The notes under the pieces are model-generated. The model did not search any database and was not told the DNA's origin. It was given only the letters and a program-made list of their open reading frames with translations. Shown piece after piece: positions 19,675 to 30,457 of a stretch of DNA of 64,000 nucleotides. Each line of letters begins with the position of its first letter. Position 1 is the first letter of the stretch. A program made the translations under genes and the position numbers. Location of the stretch: the sequence record MK599315.1. The stretch is one strand, 5' to 3'.

Positions 19675-20568
19675 ATGAGTATTCTTAACTATGTCCAGCA
19701 GCTTGCACCTGTAATGGAGCGCCGTCAACTGCTGAACGTTCTGGATCAACTCCAGACCGAATATGACGATACCCTTGCCCCGATTGTTTCTGATGTTCGG
19801 GAAGCTTTCCAAGGTATCCCGCTGAAGTCTAACCTCGCCAAACGAATGGAAAACGTTCTTCGTCGTGGTATTACTTTTAACCAGCCGGCTATCGATCTGA
19901 TGCTGGGTTCTCTCGATAACATTCGTGGTAACTTCGAAGTTATTCGTAAAGAAATCCGTAGTCTATTCTCGATCCAATTCACTAATACAAACCTGACATT
20001 CGATCGAGCTAACATGCTCAAGTTCATCGAAGGTCTGGCTTTCTATATTCGATTTGGTCGTAAATATCTGCTGTTCCTTGTTGCCCAAGAAGCTGCCCTA
20101 CATGGGAAGGCTACCCGCGCTGCATGGACGTCGGCTGAATCCGATTGGATCGATACCAACATGGAACAGTTCGCTGCACTGTATCCGGCGATGACTCTTC
20201 AACCTCAAGCACTGAAGCAAAAGCTTAATGCTGCTTCTAATGCTACAGTTGACGAATCGACTTTCCAAGTTGCACAGCAGAATCTTGGACTTACCAAAAC
20301 TGATCCTCTGGGTATGGCTGGTTTCTCTCCTCGTCAGAATCCCTTCTTGATCATCGGTAAGCTGATTGCAGAGATGCAGGCTGAGCGATATAACGTGGCA
20401 CAAGAAGAGTACTATGGTCTTCAACTTCGGTTGGAAGAACTACGTGCACTTCTGGCTAAAGAACCGACCAGCCCTGTTCTGCAAAAACAGATCGAAGCTT
20501 ACGAGCGTCGTATCTCCGCGTATGAATACGAGATCAATAAGATCGAAGAACGCGCTGGCGTACAATAA
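19675..20568 (+). CDS. Internal head protein (phiKZ gp90-like)
   Basis: 297 aa with C-terminal coiled coil; synteny. Confidence 0.75.
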   Translation: MSILNYVQQLAPVMERRQLLNVLDQLQTEYDDTLAPIVSDVREAFQGIPLKSNLAKRMENVLRRGITFNQPAIDLMLGSLDNIRGNFEVIRKEIRSLFSIQFTNTNLTFDRANMLKFIEGLAFYIRFGRKYLLFLVAQEAALHGKATRAAWTSAESDWIDTNMEQFAALYPAMTLQPQALKQKLNAASNATVDESTFQVAQQNLGLTKTDPLGMAGFSPRQNPFLIIGKLIAEMQAERYNVAQEEYYGLQLRLEELRALLAKEPTSPVLQKQIEAYERRISAYEYEINKIEERAGVQ

Positions 20569-20578
20569 GGAGTTGACA

Positions 20579-21112
20579 ATGCCTACTAATGCAGTCAAAC
20601 CTTTCGATGCTAATCGTGAGTATTCTGGCGGTCAAGCTAAAGCTCAACAACGTTTCACTATACGCCAAGGTGATCCGCGTGTTGTTGAACTTATGGTTGA
20701 ATATACCAACTTTCCTCGCCGCGCTGTGTATTGGGAATTCCGTAAACGTGTAATTGATCTCGCTCTTATTAAATTCTCGGGTAACTATAACTGGTTTATC
20801 CGTCAAGATAATAATGCCATGATTGCTGATCACAATTACGCATTCCTGCAAGATACTGTACGGTTTATTGCCACAGGTAAACGTCGAGTGAATATCCATG
20901 CATGGCCAATGCTACTTACAGCAGAACCGCCAGCGGGTGTTCAACTAATCGAAGATCGTCGGGATATCGCTGAACTTTTCCTAAGCTACAATCTTTCTCC
21001 GAACGAGAACGACATGCTTCAGGAATGGCTCAAGAAGAAAGGTGGCTTCGATGATCTCATGTACACAATGAACATGTTGTTTGGTAGTGTACCTGAAAAA
21101 ATCAATAAGTAA
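20579..21112 (+). CDS. Virion-associated protein (gp91 position)
   Basis: True start MPTNAVK at 20579 with RBS AAGGAG; 177 aa. Confidence 0.7.
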   Translation: MPTNAVKPFDANREYSGGQAKAQQRFTIRQGDPRVVELMVEYTNFPRRAVYWEFRKRVIDLALIKFSGNYNWFIRQDNNAMIADHNYAFLQDTVRFIATGKRRVNIHAWPMLLTAEPPAGVQLIEDRRDIAELFLSYNLSPNENDMLQEWLKKKGGFDDLMYTMNMLFGSVPEKINK

Positions 21113-21122
21113 GGAGGGGTCC

Positions 21123-22421
21123 ATGGTTGACTCAGTTAACCATTCCCAACCTAACGCAGTCGACGGGGTAACACCCGTCGATCTGTCCGTCTCGATTGAA
21201 GATGAATTCAACGAGTTCGATGCTTGTGCTGAAAAACTTGATAAGTTAATGATGGGGATGGAAACCATAGAGCGACTCGATACATTTATCCAGTCTAACT
21301 ATGACACAGCCAGTCCTGAGATGTTAGCTTATGCTGTTGAGAAATTCGGTCTCACTGACGTTGTCTCTACAGAAGACATTAGTGATTCGAGCAGGCAGGT
21401 TTGGGAACGTACTAAGTTAGAAATAAAGAGAGCGAATAGTGACCTATATGGCTACGCTAAAGTACTGATGGCTGGTATAGATCGTACTGTAGAACGAATC
21501 ACTATGCTTTATGAGATGGCTTCGAACTTAAATGGAACTAAACCATTTAAATCGGAGATTGAACTGAGAAAGGCAAAGAAGTTTAATATCAATGGCGAGT
21601 TTAAACCATTGGATATTCGACCTGTTCTGGAACAAACACAAAACACCATTGATTTCTATGATAAGGTGTTCATGCCTTATCTCACTGCGATCGACAAAAC
21701 ATTCAATAATCTTACCCTTGATCAAGAGTGGACAGATGACTCCACTATTCGGTTTGAAATATTCAATGCGAAACGTTGGATGAAGGGGGCTATTGAAGTC
21801 GACCAAGACGACAGGTTTAGAGTCAATGCTACTTTGTTCCGTTCTGAGTTAACTCAGGGTAATAAGGCTCTTTATTTCTCTGGTCCGAGTGAAACTAAGA
21901 CTGAGCAACTTAAAGATTGGCAGTTTATGGTAAACTCCATTCGGGACTTCCGTTTTAAGTATTACACTGTACCAGAACAGAAACCATTAAATGAGCAAGA
22001 TAACAAAGTTGAAGTGTCGAATATAAACGCTGTTCGTCAGCGTTTAGGAGTACTACTTGGATTAGCTAAACGCTTACAATCGCGCAAAGGCTATGACCAA
22101 AAGATCTCTGCTCAACTTCGTAAACTTGAACAATCCGCTGAAAAGATTAGAGTAAAAGCTGGACAACTTCGCCAAAGTCAAGGTCGTAAAAAACCTGGCG
22201 CTGAGGAAAGAGATGAAGCCCGGCCATCCGTATCTAATGTCGTTAACGATCTAACAATGATCCTTAATAATGTCATGCGGATGATCATTGACTATAACAA
22301 CACTCTCGCTGGTATGATTCGCTTAATTGCAGGTTTGGCTATGGTAGCCGACCTTGAACTTAAGGCGTATCAGGCTCCTCTTCGCAAACCTACGGAAGAA
22401 GAACAGAAGCGTTTGGGTTGA
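21123..22421 (+). CDS. Internal head protein (gp92 position)
   Basis: Start MVDSVNH after AAGGAGG; SIE and STE propeptide-type sites. Confidence 0.75.
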   Translation: MVDSVNHSQPNAVDGVTPVDLSVSIEDEFNEFDACAEKLDKLMMGMETIERLDTFIQSNYDTASPEMLAYAVEKFGLTDVVSTEDISDSSRQVWERTKLEIKRANSDLYGYAKVLMAGIDRTVERITMLYEMASNLNGTKPFKSEIELRKAKKFNINGEFKPLDIRPVLEQTQNTIDFYDKVFMPYLTAIDKTFNNLTLDQEWTDDSTIRFEIFNAKRWMKGAIEVDQDDRFRVNATLFRSELTQGNKALYFSGPSETKTEQLKDWQFMVNSIRDFRFKYYTVPEQKPLNEQDNKVEVSNINAVRQRLGVLLGLAKRLQSRKGYDQKISAQLRKLEQSAEKIRVKAGQLRQSQGRKKPGAEERDEARPSVSNVVNDLTMILNNVMRMIIDYNNTLAGMIRLIAGLAMVADLELKAYQAPLRKPTEEEQKRLG

Positions 22422-22430
22422 TGACATATT

Positions 22431-22456
22431 GGGGAACCACACGGTTCCCCTTTATG
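22431..22456 (+). terminator. Hairpin followed by TTTATG
   Basis: GGGGAACC-ACAC-GGTTCCCC-TTTATGCTATG. Confidence 0.75.
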
Positions 22457-22489
22457 CTATGTTATCTATTCACATGTCAGAGAATCGAA

Positions 22490-25142
22490 ATGACTATTCA
22501 CAATCTGAACAAACATCTTGGTGGTGGTAAAGCCACCTCCTCAAACGAAGCTATTGCTGATGGCGTAGCTCGCGAAGTACCAGTTGATACAGTTGATACT
22601 TCTGTAAAAGCCTTGACCACTACCAAAGATCTACCAGAAAATCCAGAAGAAGGTGCTGTTTATCACGTTAACGGTGTTGACTGGGTATTCGTTAAAGGTG
22701 AATGGGTCACGCGTCAAGGTATTTATGGCCACGAAGATTTTGGCGATGCGCATGAACCTCTGTGGGATGGTACTGGTGAGAAACCTAATATCGAAACACA
22801 GAGAGCAGAATCTGAAGTTGTCCGAGAAAATAGTGATGAACCTGCAATCACTCCTGAGGGTACCAATGAGTCCATGGAACAGGTTGTAAGTGAAACTGAA
22901 CAAGTTGAAGAAGTAGTTGAAGAAAACGCTACTCCTGAACCTATCGTTAATCCAGCCTCTCCTAGTGAGACTATGGAAGAAGCTACTTCTGAAACGGAAG
23001 CCGAGAGTGAGTCAGTGGTTGAACCCACCGTACATGAACAGGTAGAAGCCCATGAAGCAGCAGCTAACCCCATCGAAGAGATTGAGGAAAGCGAGACCCA
23101 GGAAGAAGAGAAACCCTCGACAGAAAACGTTGACGGGGAACCTCTAGCTCATCCCGTTGAAGAAGATAAGCCTGTTGAAGTAATGGAACCTTCTGATGTG
23201 GGTATGTGTGAAGAAACTATGTTGGCACATGATCGCATCGGTCAAGTGGCGAATAGTATCGATCAGTTGCATACAGCACAGACTGCTCTAGAAGCTTATC
23301 ACGATGTCGTTAAGACTGGTCGTGTATCTAAGCAATCTGCCGCAGTACTTCATAAAGGTCTTGTTCATATTGATCGGACTTTTAATCTCAAGGTCAAAGC
23401 AACAGGACTTGAGGCATTCGATACTACTCCTCGTTCGGCAATGGATCTGTCGATATTGATGATGAGACTATCACTGGACGAATGAAGCAGATCGGTGGGG
23501 CAGTCTACAAAAAGATTCAAGAACTTCTCGCCAAGCTGATCGAATACATTAAGAACTTTGATCTAAAGCGTAAACAATCTGAAGCTAAAGTAGACAAGCT
23601 GCTTTCTCAGATCAGTGATGTACCGCGCAACGCGATTCCTGAAAACGAAAAGATTAAAGTATCGAAAGCTAAGTTCTTCTATGCTGGCGGTAAATTCGTT
23701 GGCATTGATACAAGTGCAGAAGTAGCTGTTATTGATCTAGCTGTATCTGCTGCCATGGCAATGCAGTCTAACGTTGTATTCCTTGGTCAACAACTTGCTA
23801 AGATGGAAGCGACTAGTGATGGTGTGAACGAGTTCAGAAATGTTATTGAAACACGTCTGAGTCAGAACCGTGATCACGTTGAGAAAGATCTTCCAGGTGG
23901 TGGTAAAATCATTCGAGAAGGCCATGCCCTTATTCTTGAGCGTGGTGAAGATGAACATGCAGGTGAAGAACTAGATGCTCTTTCTCGTACTGATATCGAG
24001 AAAGCTTTGAAGTCACTTCAGAAGTTCTATCAGAATGCAGGTAAGTCTGACCGTATTTCTCGAATTGTAGATTCTGCTCGTACTAAGTCACAAGAAGCAA
24101 TTAAAGCTGCACGTACTGGTGGTGATGAACGTTATGTTCAAGAGCTACAACAACTTTACGTTACAGCTGTAGCAGATATGATCAAAGAGATGAATCTCCA
24201 GATGGTAACTGCTCTTGTTACTTATACGTCTTCTGGTAAAGCCATGTATCTTGAAGCATGCCTTGAGAACCTTAAAGTGCAAGGTGCTGGCATGGAGTCT
24301 CACGATCCGTTCGTATTCTCTAATGAAGGCCTCTTTACCGAAATCGGTCACTTCTTCAACGCTATGATTCATGGGCGTAAAGAAGATCTTAAGCCAGAGC
24401 AGTACAATGCGGTTAAGAGCAAGATCTCTAAAACGTTTGGTGATCCGAATTGGCTGAAGAATCGTCGTTTCATTGAAGGCGATATTAAGTTCAAAGGAGA
24501 TCCTTCTCTTGGGGATAACTTCAAACAAGTAATCGCTAAGGCAGTTGGTCAACTTAACCAGGCTGCCCGTGGTAACGCAGCTGTGTTTACCCGAGCTGCT
24601 AACTCCGTTAAGCCATATACTGACTTCCTAATCAAGATGGAATATCGTAACCATCCTGAGAAGACTCAGAAAATGTACGACGCATGCCAAGCTTTGATAA
24701 GAATAAGTTCAAACCCGTTAAATATAACAGTGGTATGGCACATTCTTACGTAGACGTTACTCTTCCTGCAATGACTCCAGAACAGGTAGCCTCAGCCGCA
24801 GATGAGATCATTAAAGCTATTGATTATATCACTGGCTATTGGAAAACATCTATGGGCAAAGAGTGGTGGGATACTTTCAACGTTGAGAATGAGTACGGTC
24901 TATTTGGTCGATTTATTCCAGCGCACATGGAAGGTTCCGGTAAGTACACGGATGTTATCCGTAACATTGCTACGTACACTAAAGGTGAAGACCAGAAATG
25001 GTGTGTTAAGCTTGCCAGTAAGATTGCTGAATTCGCTGATGATGGCGAAGCCACATTCTTCAAAGAAGGCGGTGGTCAGTGGGAATTCTATTTCACTTAC
25101 ATCCGCGGTCTAATCAACTGGATGGATGCTTCCACCCGTTAA
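22490..25142 (+). CDS. Inner-body/ejection protein paralog (gp93-97 family) with long acidic propeptide; two apparent 1-nt deletions
   Basis: ORFs ending 23485, 24753 and 25142 join by adding one base at ~23445 and one at ~24684 (884 aa). Shares the ALEAY...SKQSAA...GLE core with neighbouring paralogs. Confidence 0.75.
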
Positions 25143-25148
25143 AGCATG

Positions 25149-25170
25149 GGGAGCTTCGGCTCCCTTTATG
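25149..25170 (+). terminator. Intrinsic terminator
   Basis: GGGAGC-TTCG-GCTCCC-TTTATG. Confidence 0.8.
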
Positions 25171-25201
25171 CTATGTAAACTAATTCTATTTCGAGGCTAA
25201 C

Positions 25202-26464
25202 ATGCTTGACACTGAAATGCCCTGTACTGTAAATACAGAACCTGCTGAAACAATCATCGAACCAGCGGAAGATATCCAGGTAGAGATTGAAGACGTATCT
25301 GATTTCCAAAACGATGTAGCTGAACAAGAAGTTGTAGAATCCGAAGACCTCGAAGGTGTCGCTGAATCTCTAGAAGCTTATTCTCAACTCCTTAAACAAG
25401 CTGGTGACAAAGGTATCACTAAACAATCTGCTGCAATGATGCGAATTGGCATGAAACAGATTGATGCGCGGCTCAATATCAAACGAGAAGCACTTAGCCT
25501 GGAAGGCTTTAAAACGTGCACTATGCGCGATGGACTACAAACCACTACTGTTTCCATGGAAGATGTCAAAGAGCGCGTTAAAGAGCTTGGTAAGCGCATT
25601 GTAGAGTTCATTGCTAGGCTGATTGAACGAGCGAAGGCGATTTACCAAAAACTGGCTGGTCCTAAAGTTAAAACACAAAAGGCAGCACAACAACTAATTG
25701 CTGCTTCTCGTGCCTTCCCTGCTTATCCTGGCGGTAAGATGCGTGGCTCTGTTCCAGAAAATGTTTCGGAAGATCTTAAGAAGAAAGCTGCTGAGATTAA
25801 AGAGCGTAAAGGTGATATCGACGAAGAATCTAAGAAGATTCGTATTGAAGATACCACTAACATTGTTGCCGATGGAGAGAACACTTACGACACCATCGCA
25901 ACTGAAAAGGCTTACGCTGTATTCCTCTACGATCGTCTTCCCAAAGCACTAATGTCCGTGATGAAATTTGCCAAAGATAATGTTGGTAAAGGCGATGCTT
26001 CTGAATATATTGAAAGTGTTCTAGATCACACCCACAGTGAAATGACAAAAGTTGTTCAAGCCTCTATCGGTCAAGATTTCCTACCCGGTAGTATCCGTCT
26101 TTCGTGGGATATGGAAAACCTAGGCTTTAAGATTATTCAGGGTACTGACTCGAATGGACCTATTGAGGTTGATCTCCGTCCAGCAAGTGCTATCACTAAA
26201 TTTGCTCAGGAATGTGAAACTGTTCTAGCTGTCATGACCGATGATGCATCTGTAAATCGGCACAATGGTGAACTTCAACAGCTATCGGACTCCCTCGGTG
26301 CAAAACTAGTGACTGAGCTGGACGACCCAGCTGTATTTGGTGCCATCACAAGTCTAATCACTAAGATCCGTTCTCTCGATGTTCTTGCTCAAGTTGAACG
26401 TCAGATTGTTACCTCTGTTTTTGCGAAACTAGCTATCGCTAAACACGAGCTAACTAAGTACTAA
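25202..26464 (+). CDS. Inner-body/ejection protein paralog (gp93-97 family)
   Basis: 420 aa; SLEAYSQLLKQAG...TKQSAA...SLE...SME core. Confidence 0.85.
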   Translation: MLDTEMPCTVNTEPAETIIEPAEDIQVEIEDVSDFQNDVAEQEVVESEDLEGVAESLEAYSQLLKQAGDKGITKQSAAMMRIGMKQIDARLNIKREALSLEGFKTCTMRDGLQTTTVSMEDVKERVKELGKRIVEFIARLIERAKAIYQKLAGPKVKTQKAAQQLIAASRAFPAYPGGKMRGSVPENVSEDLKKKAAEIKERKGDIDEESKKIRIEDTTNIVADGENTYDTIATEKAYAVFLYDRLPKALMSVMKFAKDNVGKGDASEYIESVLDHTHSEMTKVVQASIGQDFLPGSIRLSWDMENLGFKIIQGTDSNGPIEVDLRPASAITKFAQECETVLAVMTDDASVNRHNGELQQLSDSLGAKLVTELDDPAVFGAITSLITKIRSLDVLAQVERQIVTSVFAKLAIAKHELTKY

Positions 26465-26471
26465 CATAAAT

Positions 26472-26495
26472 GCCCTCCCTATGGAGGGCTTTATG
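26472..26495 (+). terminator. Intrinsic terminator
   Basis: GCCCTCC-CTAT-GGAGGGC-TTTATG. Confidence 0.8.
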
Positions 26496-26538
26496 ACTGC
26501 TATGCCAAATTCTATGTTTAACATAACGAGAAATCAAA

Positions 26539-27699
26539 ATGGACACTCGTCAGAATCCAGCAAATCGCCCGCAATTAAAAGATAGTCCTCAGGAAGAACT
26601 TCCGGATATGATCGTCAATGATCATGAACAAGAATTCAAAGATTTGTTTGAAGCCCATATCGCTATTGAAGCTTATCTTGATCAATTAACTGATGCAGGT
26701 CGAGATGGCCTAAGTTTACAAACTCGTAAGTTCATGGCTATTGGTCTTGAGCATATAGACCGTATTCTTGGTAAACAAGAACGTGTATCGATTGAAGCAC
26801 TTCTTACTGATCCAACTATTTCACAAGAGTCACTAGTTGATCGTTTAAAAGAGGTGGGTAGAAAAATCCTTGAGCTCATCGAAAAGATAATCGATGAAGC
26901 TAAACTACTCGCGCAACGTGTTATCTCTGGTATCAGCTCAACTGAAAAGAAAACAGAAGAGCTTCTTAAGTTAGCTCAACAGAGCAGCAATAAGAAAGCC
27001 AGTATGGAATTCCATGACAACGGTACAACTATCACTGTTAATGGAGCTTCCAAGCTTTTTGCAGGCTCTGAGTTCTGCCTGGATGATTTCAAAGCTGAAA
27101 CCACTGTAATGAAGTTCTTCATTAATACTTACCCGAAGTACCTTGTCGATAATATTAATCGGCTATGTAAGTCCCTTAAGAGTTACGATGTAGAAACTGG
27201 TGATATCACGACATTTGAAGCGAACTCGGAATTCATTGGTAAGCATACCAGTATTATTCATCCGCTCAAAGATGTTGTTCTACCGGGTAACTATGTTATC
27301 CATTTCCGCGACGTATCTCTTCTACCAATGGTCATCCATGATGAGGATATGACCAGCGGGCCAGAAACATATGAACATCCAGTGCGCAGTCGATTGGAAA
27401 TCCAAAAGACTCTTAAACAGAATCTGGTCGTTACAAATAGCCTTGGTGAACTCTTTAAAGAGGAAGCTAAGGTACTTGAGCAAATGAAATGTCTAACCAA
27501 AGATCTTATTGCATTGGAAGATCGTCGTGGTGAGACAGTATGGAAAAGATCTCGGGATGCTCTAGATCGAGTGTCTAGTATTGTAATGGATCTTATTCCG
27601 AAATTACGGCCGAACTATGGTCCAATTGTTGCACGTATTAATGCTATCACTAACATTCGAAATAAAGTGTGTGAATTAGAGCTCAGTGCGACCTCTTAA
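26539..27699 (+). CDS. Inner-body/ejection protein paralog (gp93-97 family)
   Basis: 386 aa; AIEAYLDQLTDAG...SIE...SQE core. Confidence 0.85.
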   Translation: MDTRQNPANRPQLKDSPQEELPDMIVNDHEQEFKDLFEAHIAIEAYLDQLTDAGRDGLSLQTRKFMAIGLEHIDRILGKQERVSIEALLTDPTISQESLVDRLKEVGRKILELIEKIIDEAKLLAQRVISGISSTEKKTEELLKLAQQSSNKKASMEFHDNGTTITVNGASKLFAGSEFCLDDFKAETTVMKFFINTYPKYLVDNINRLCKSLKSYDVETGDITTFEANSEFIGKHTSIIHPLKDVVLPGNYVIHFRDVSLLPMVIHDEDMTSGPETYEHPVRSRLEIQKTLKQNLVVTNSLGELFKEEAKVLEQMKCLTKDLIALEDRRGETVWKRSRDALDRVSSIVMDLIPKLRPNYGPIVARINAITNIRNKVCELELSATS

Positions 27700-27759
27700 C
27701 CAATTCTATGGTTATTAACAATCATCATCGCGCGATGATTCTCCTCCGAGGAAAATGTA

Positions 27760-29193
27760 ATGCTACGATCCATTCATAAATACGTCGGTTCTCTAGAAGA
27801 ATTCAAAGAAGAACCGATTACTCCAGAAGTTGCTGCTGTTGCAGAAGCTCCTTTGGAAACACAAGAAGTAGAAGTCATCGAAGCACCGACCAATGTGGTC
27901 GATGAGGCTCCTGTTGAATTACCCGTTCCGACACCTGTACCCGAAATTGGTGCAGTTGGTACCGATACTGTTGTAGAAACCGAGCCGGTTGAAGTACCTG
28001 CTGAGTTTGCTCCTATCGAAGGTCCAGTTGACGTTACTGAAGCTGTTGGTGAAATCGATGCTGTATCGCATGCTCACGTTGAAAAAGAAATCCTTGAACA
28101 ACGTGCAGATGAACTGATTGAAACGCAACATGCCCTTGAAGCGTATTCCGGTCTACTGCGTCAAGCTCGTGGGGAGATTTCTCAGCAGACGGCAGCATTC
28201 CTTCGAGTTGGTATTAAACAAGCTGAACGTGTTCTTGGTACTAATCAGGTATCCACAGGACTTGAAAACTATAATGCCGGTGAACGTTCTGATATTCTTC
28301 GTGCAGAAATTTCTGTAGAAAATATTAAAGAATACGCCAACAAGGCATTTGAGAAACTGAAAGAAATCATCGAGAAGATCATTGACGCCATTATTGGTGG
28401 TATCGATAATCTGATGAACGGTATCTCCAAAGCAGATAAAGTTGTCACTCAACTCGAAGAGATTCTTGCTTCTGGTGGTAATCTCTGGACCGGTACAGGT
28501 AAGACCTTTGTTCTTAACAATCCGGCGCCTGTCTTTGCGAATGGTAAATCCAAACTTGGCGATACCAAAGTTCTCAGTGGTCTAGCTCATTTCTCGGCTT
28601 ACGTATACCCGGCCGCTGTTAAGAAATACTACGAGAACCTTGCTAAACTTATTAGCGGTTATAACGTAGTTAAAGGTGATGGCGAAGAGATGTCGGAGAA
28701 GTTGTACAAAGCTACCGCTCCTCTTGATGACATCTACGGTGCAAACTACGATATCTTCCCTGGCAACATGCGTGTTGAACTTCAAGCAGACGGTATCGTT
28801 TACGGTATTGGTCCAGCCACTTCTGCCAAAGAAGCACCGGCGGAATTTGAAGTTAAAGTATCCAGTCCAAGTACTCTGCGTACCAATACGAAACGCCTTC
28901 GCGATATCATCGAGATTCTGAAAGCAGCTCGCGATGAACACGTTAAGATCAAAGAAGGTGCTGAAGCCCTTAAGAAAGCAGTTAGTAAAATCGAAGATCA
29001 GCTTAACAATGAAGATCTCGACGATGCATCTAAAGCTGCTGCTCGAAAAGTAACTCAGACTGCACTGGAACTGATTCGTGAATCCAACCCGCGTTCTCGT
29101 GAAATCATCCGGTATGTAACCCGTACTGTTGTTGCATACGCTTCTGTTTATATTCAAGAAGCTAAGCTGCATAAAGAGCCGGCTAAAGACTAA
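27760..29193 (+). CDS. Inner-body/ejection protein paralog (gp93-97 family)
   Basis: 477 aa; acidic propeptide; ALEAY...SQQTAA...GLE/NY...SVE core. Confidence 0.85.
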   Translation: MLRSIHKYVGSLEEFKEEPITPEVAAVAEAPLETQEVEVIEAPTNVVDEAPVELPVPTPVPEIGAVGTDTVVETEPVEVPAEFAPIEGPVDVTEAVGEIDAVSHAHVEKEILEQRADELIETQHALEAYSGLLRQARGEISQQTAAFLRVGIKQAERVLGTNQVSTGLENYNAGERSDILRAEISVENIKEYANKAFEKLKEIIEKIIDAIIGGIDNLMNGISKADKVVTQLEEILASGGNLWTGTGKTFVLNNPAPVFANGKSKLGDTKVLSGLAHFSAYVYPAAVKKYYENLAKLISGYNVVKGDGEEMSEKLYKATAPLDDIYGANYDIFPGNMRVELQADGIVYGIGPATSAKEAPAEFEVKVSSPSTLRTNTKRLRDIIEILKAARDEHVKIKEGAEALKKAVSKIEDQLNNEDLDDASKAAARKVTQTALELIRESNPRSREIIRYVTRTVVAYASVYIQEAKLHKEPAKD

Positions 29194-29198
29194 GACAT

Positions 29199-29228
29199 AG
29201 ACGGGGCTCTTCGGAGTCCCGTCTTATG
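29199..29228 (+). terminator. Intrinsic terminator-like hairpin
   Basis: AGACGGGGCTC-TTCG-GAGTCCCGTCT-TATG. Confidence 0.75.
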
Positions 29229-29242
29229 TTCAGGAGTTAACA

Positions 29243-30363
29243 ATGGAAACAGAAAATATTCCCCTAGATGTGGAATCTAATCCACCCGAGGAAATCGTCG
29301 TATTCGATGACTCCCCTGCGGCACTGAGTGCGCTACTTGAGAAAGATGAAGTTACTGCTAATCGTATTCTTGATCTAATTGGTGGTTTTGAAAATTATCC
29401 AATGTTTGAAAGAGAATCACATCTACTAGATCTCGGTTGTGAAGATTTCAAAGGAACCGTTGTAGGTATTCTTGATAAAGTCATTGCATTTCTAAATCGA
29501 ATTATGGAAGATATGTTCGATGGTAGTCTAGCTTTATCTCTAGCATTTGACAATATCCTTCTTCGAGTAGAAGAACTTAATACGTTAACACGTACTACTG
29601 CACGCCGTTCAAAGGAACCGACCTTTGATGTGACTACTCGAATTCAAAATCTTTGTGTTCGTTATAAAGCCATCAATGAAGTACAGGGATTGATTGCAAA
29701 CCTAAAGAACCTTGAGCAAATTGGGAAACAGTTCTTTGATTACAATAATGAAGAACTTATTCGTGCAGCATTCCATATCCCACAGCGCATTACAACCGCT
29801 GAGGAATTAAATAACTCGTTGAAACAATCATGTTATCCAACCCGGTTAAAATGGTTTCTTCTAATCCACTTTATAGTCATCGTGGATATCGGCATGAGTC
29901 TCTTCACCTGATGGGTAATTATCAGGTCGTAGTTCTTGACAAATCGCCAGAAGCAACTGGTATAGATCGAATGTTGGGTATCAGTGTTAAACTAGATAAC
30001 TCTGAACGTGATCCTTTGCCCCTTCCAGATTTAATTAAATTTCAACATTTCTCTGGACCTGTACAGATTACTGTATTGCGCCAAGTAGAGAAGATGGCCG
30101 AGATGTTTAACCGTGCAAGTGGTATGAGTATCCGTCATCGTCGGAAAGAACGTATTCGATCAATGTTGAATATTGTCAAAGGTATTCGTAATCAGATTGT
30201 CAATGATCAAGTTGAGGGCGCAGATGAAGCAATTCTACGTCAGTTTGTTGAAGTACTTGAGCGCTACATTGATTGGCTTGCTAATCCTTACTTGGGTATC
30301 TTGGCTCTTGCCGGGCGTAATCTTAACGCTGTTCTTAATGTATGTCGTTCCAATATTAAGTAG
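29243..30363 (+). CDS. Internal head protein (gp96 position); split by one apparent 1-nt deletion
   Basis: ORFs 29243-29911 and 29830-30363 join via CA[A]ATCATG, giving 373 aa. Confidence 0.7.
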
Positions 30364-30402
30364 GCCTTGGCGTTCAATAATCTGAAACAGTGTTTCGTCC
30401 AT

Positions 30403-30432
30403 GAGTAGCGTTTAGGACGAATAACGCTACTC
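30403..30432 (+). other. 10-bp stem-loop without U-tract upstream of the next gene
   Basis: GAGTAGCGTT-N10-AACGCTACTC. Confidence 0.55.
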
Positions 30433-30457
30433 GTATTCTGTACAGAAGGTAAACAAC

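Noticed and set aside
27724-27739. Perfect 16-bp palindrome ATCATCGCGCGATGAT upstream of a head gene
   Set aside because: Single occurrence with no matching sites elsewhere; most simply a 5'-UTR hairpin, so not enough support for a function.
18476-30363. Programmed ribosomal frameshifting as the cause of split head genes
   Set aside because: No common slippery heptamer or stimulatory structure. Every case is fixed by adding one base, and the same defect appears in a non-coding hairpin and a start codon. Kept only as the alternative if reads confirm the sequence.
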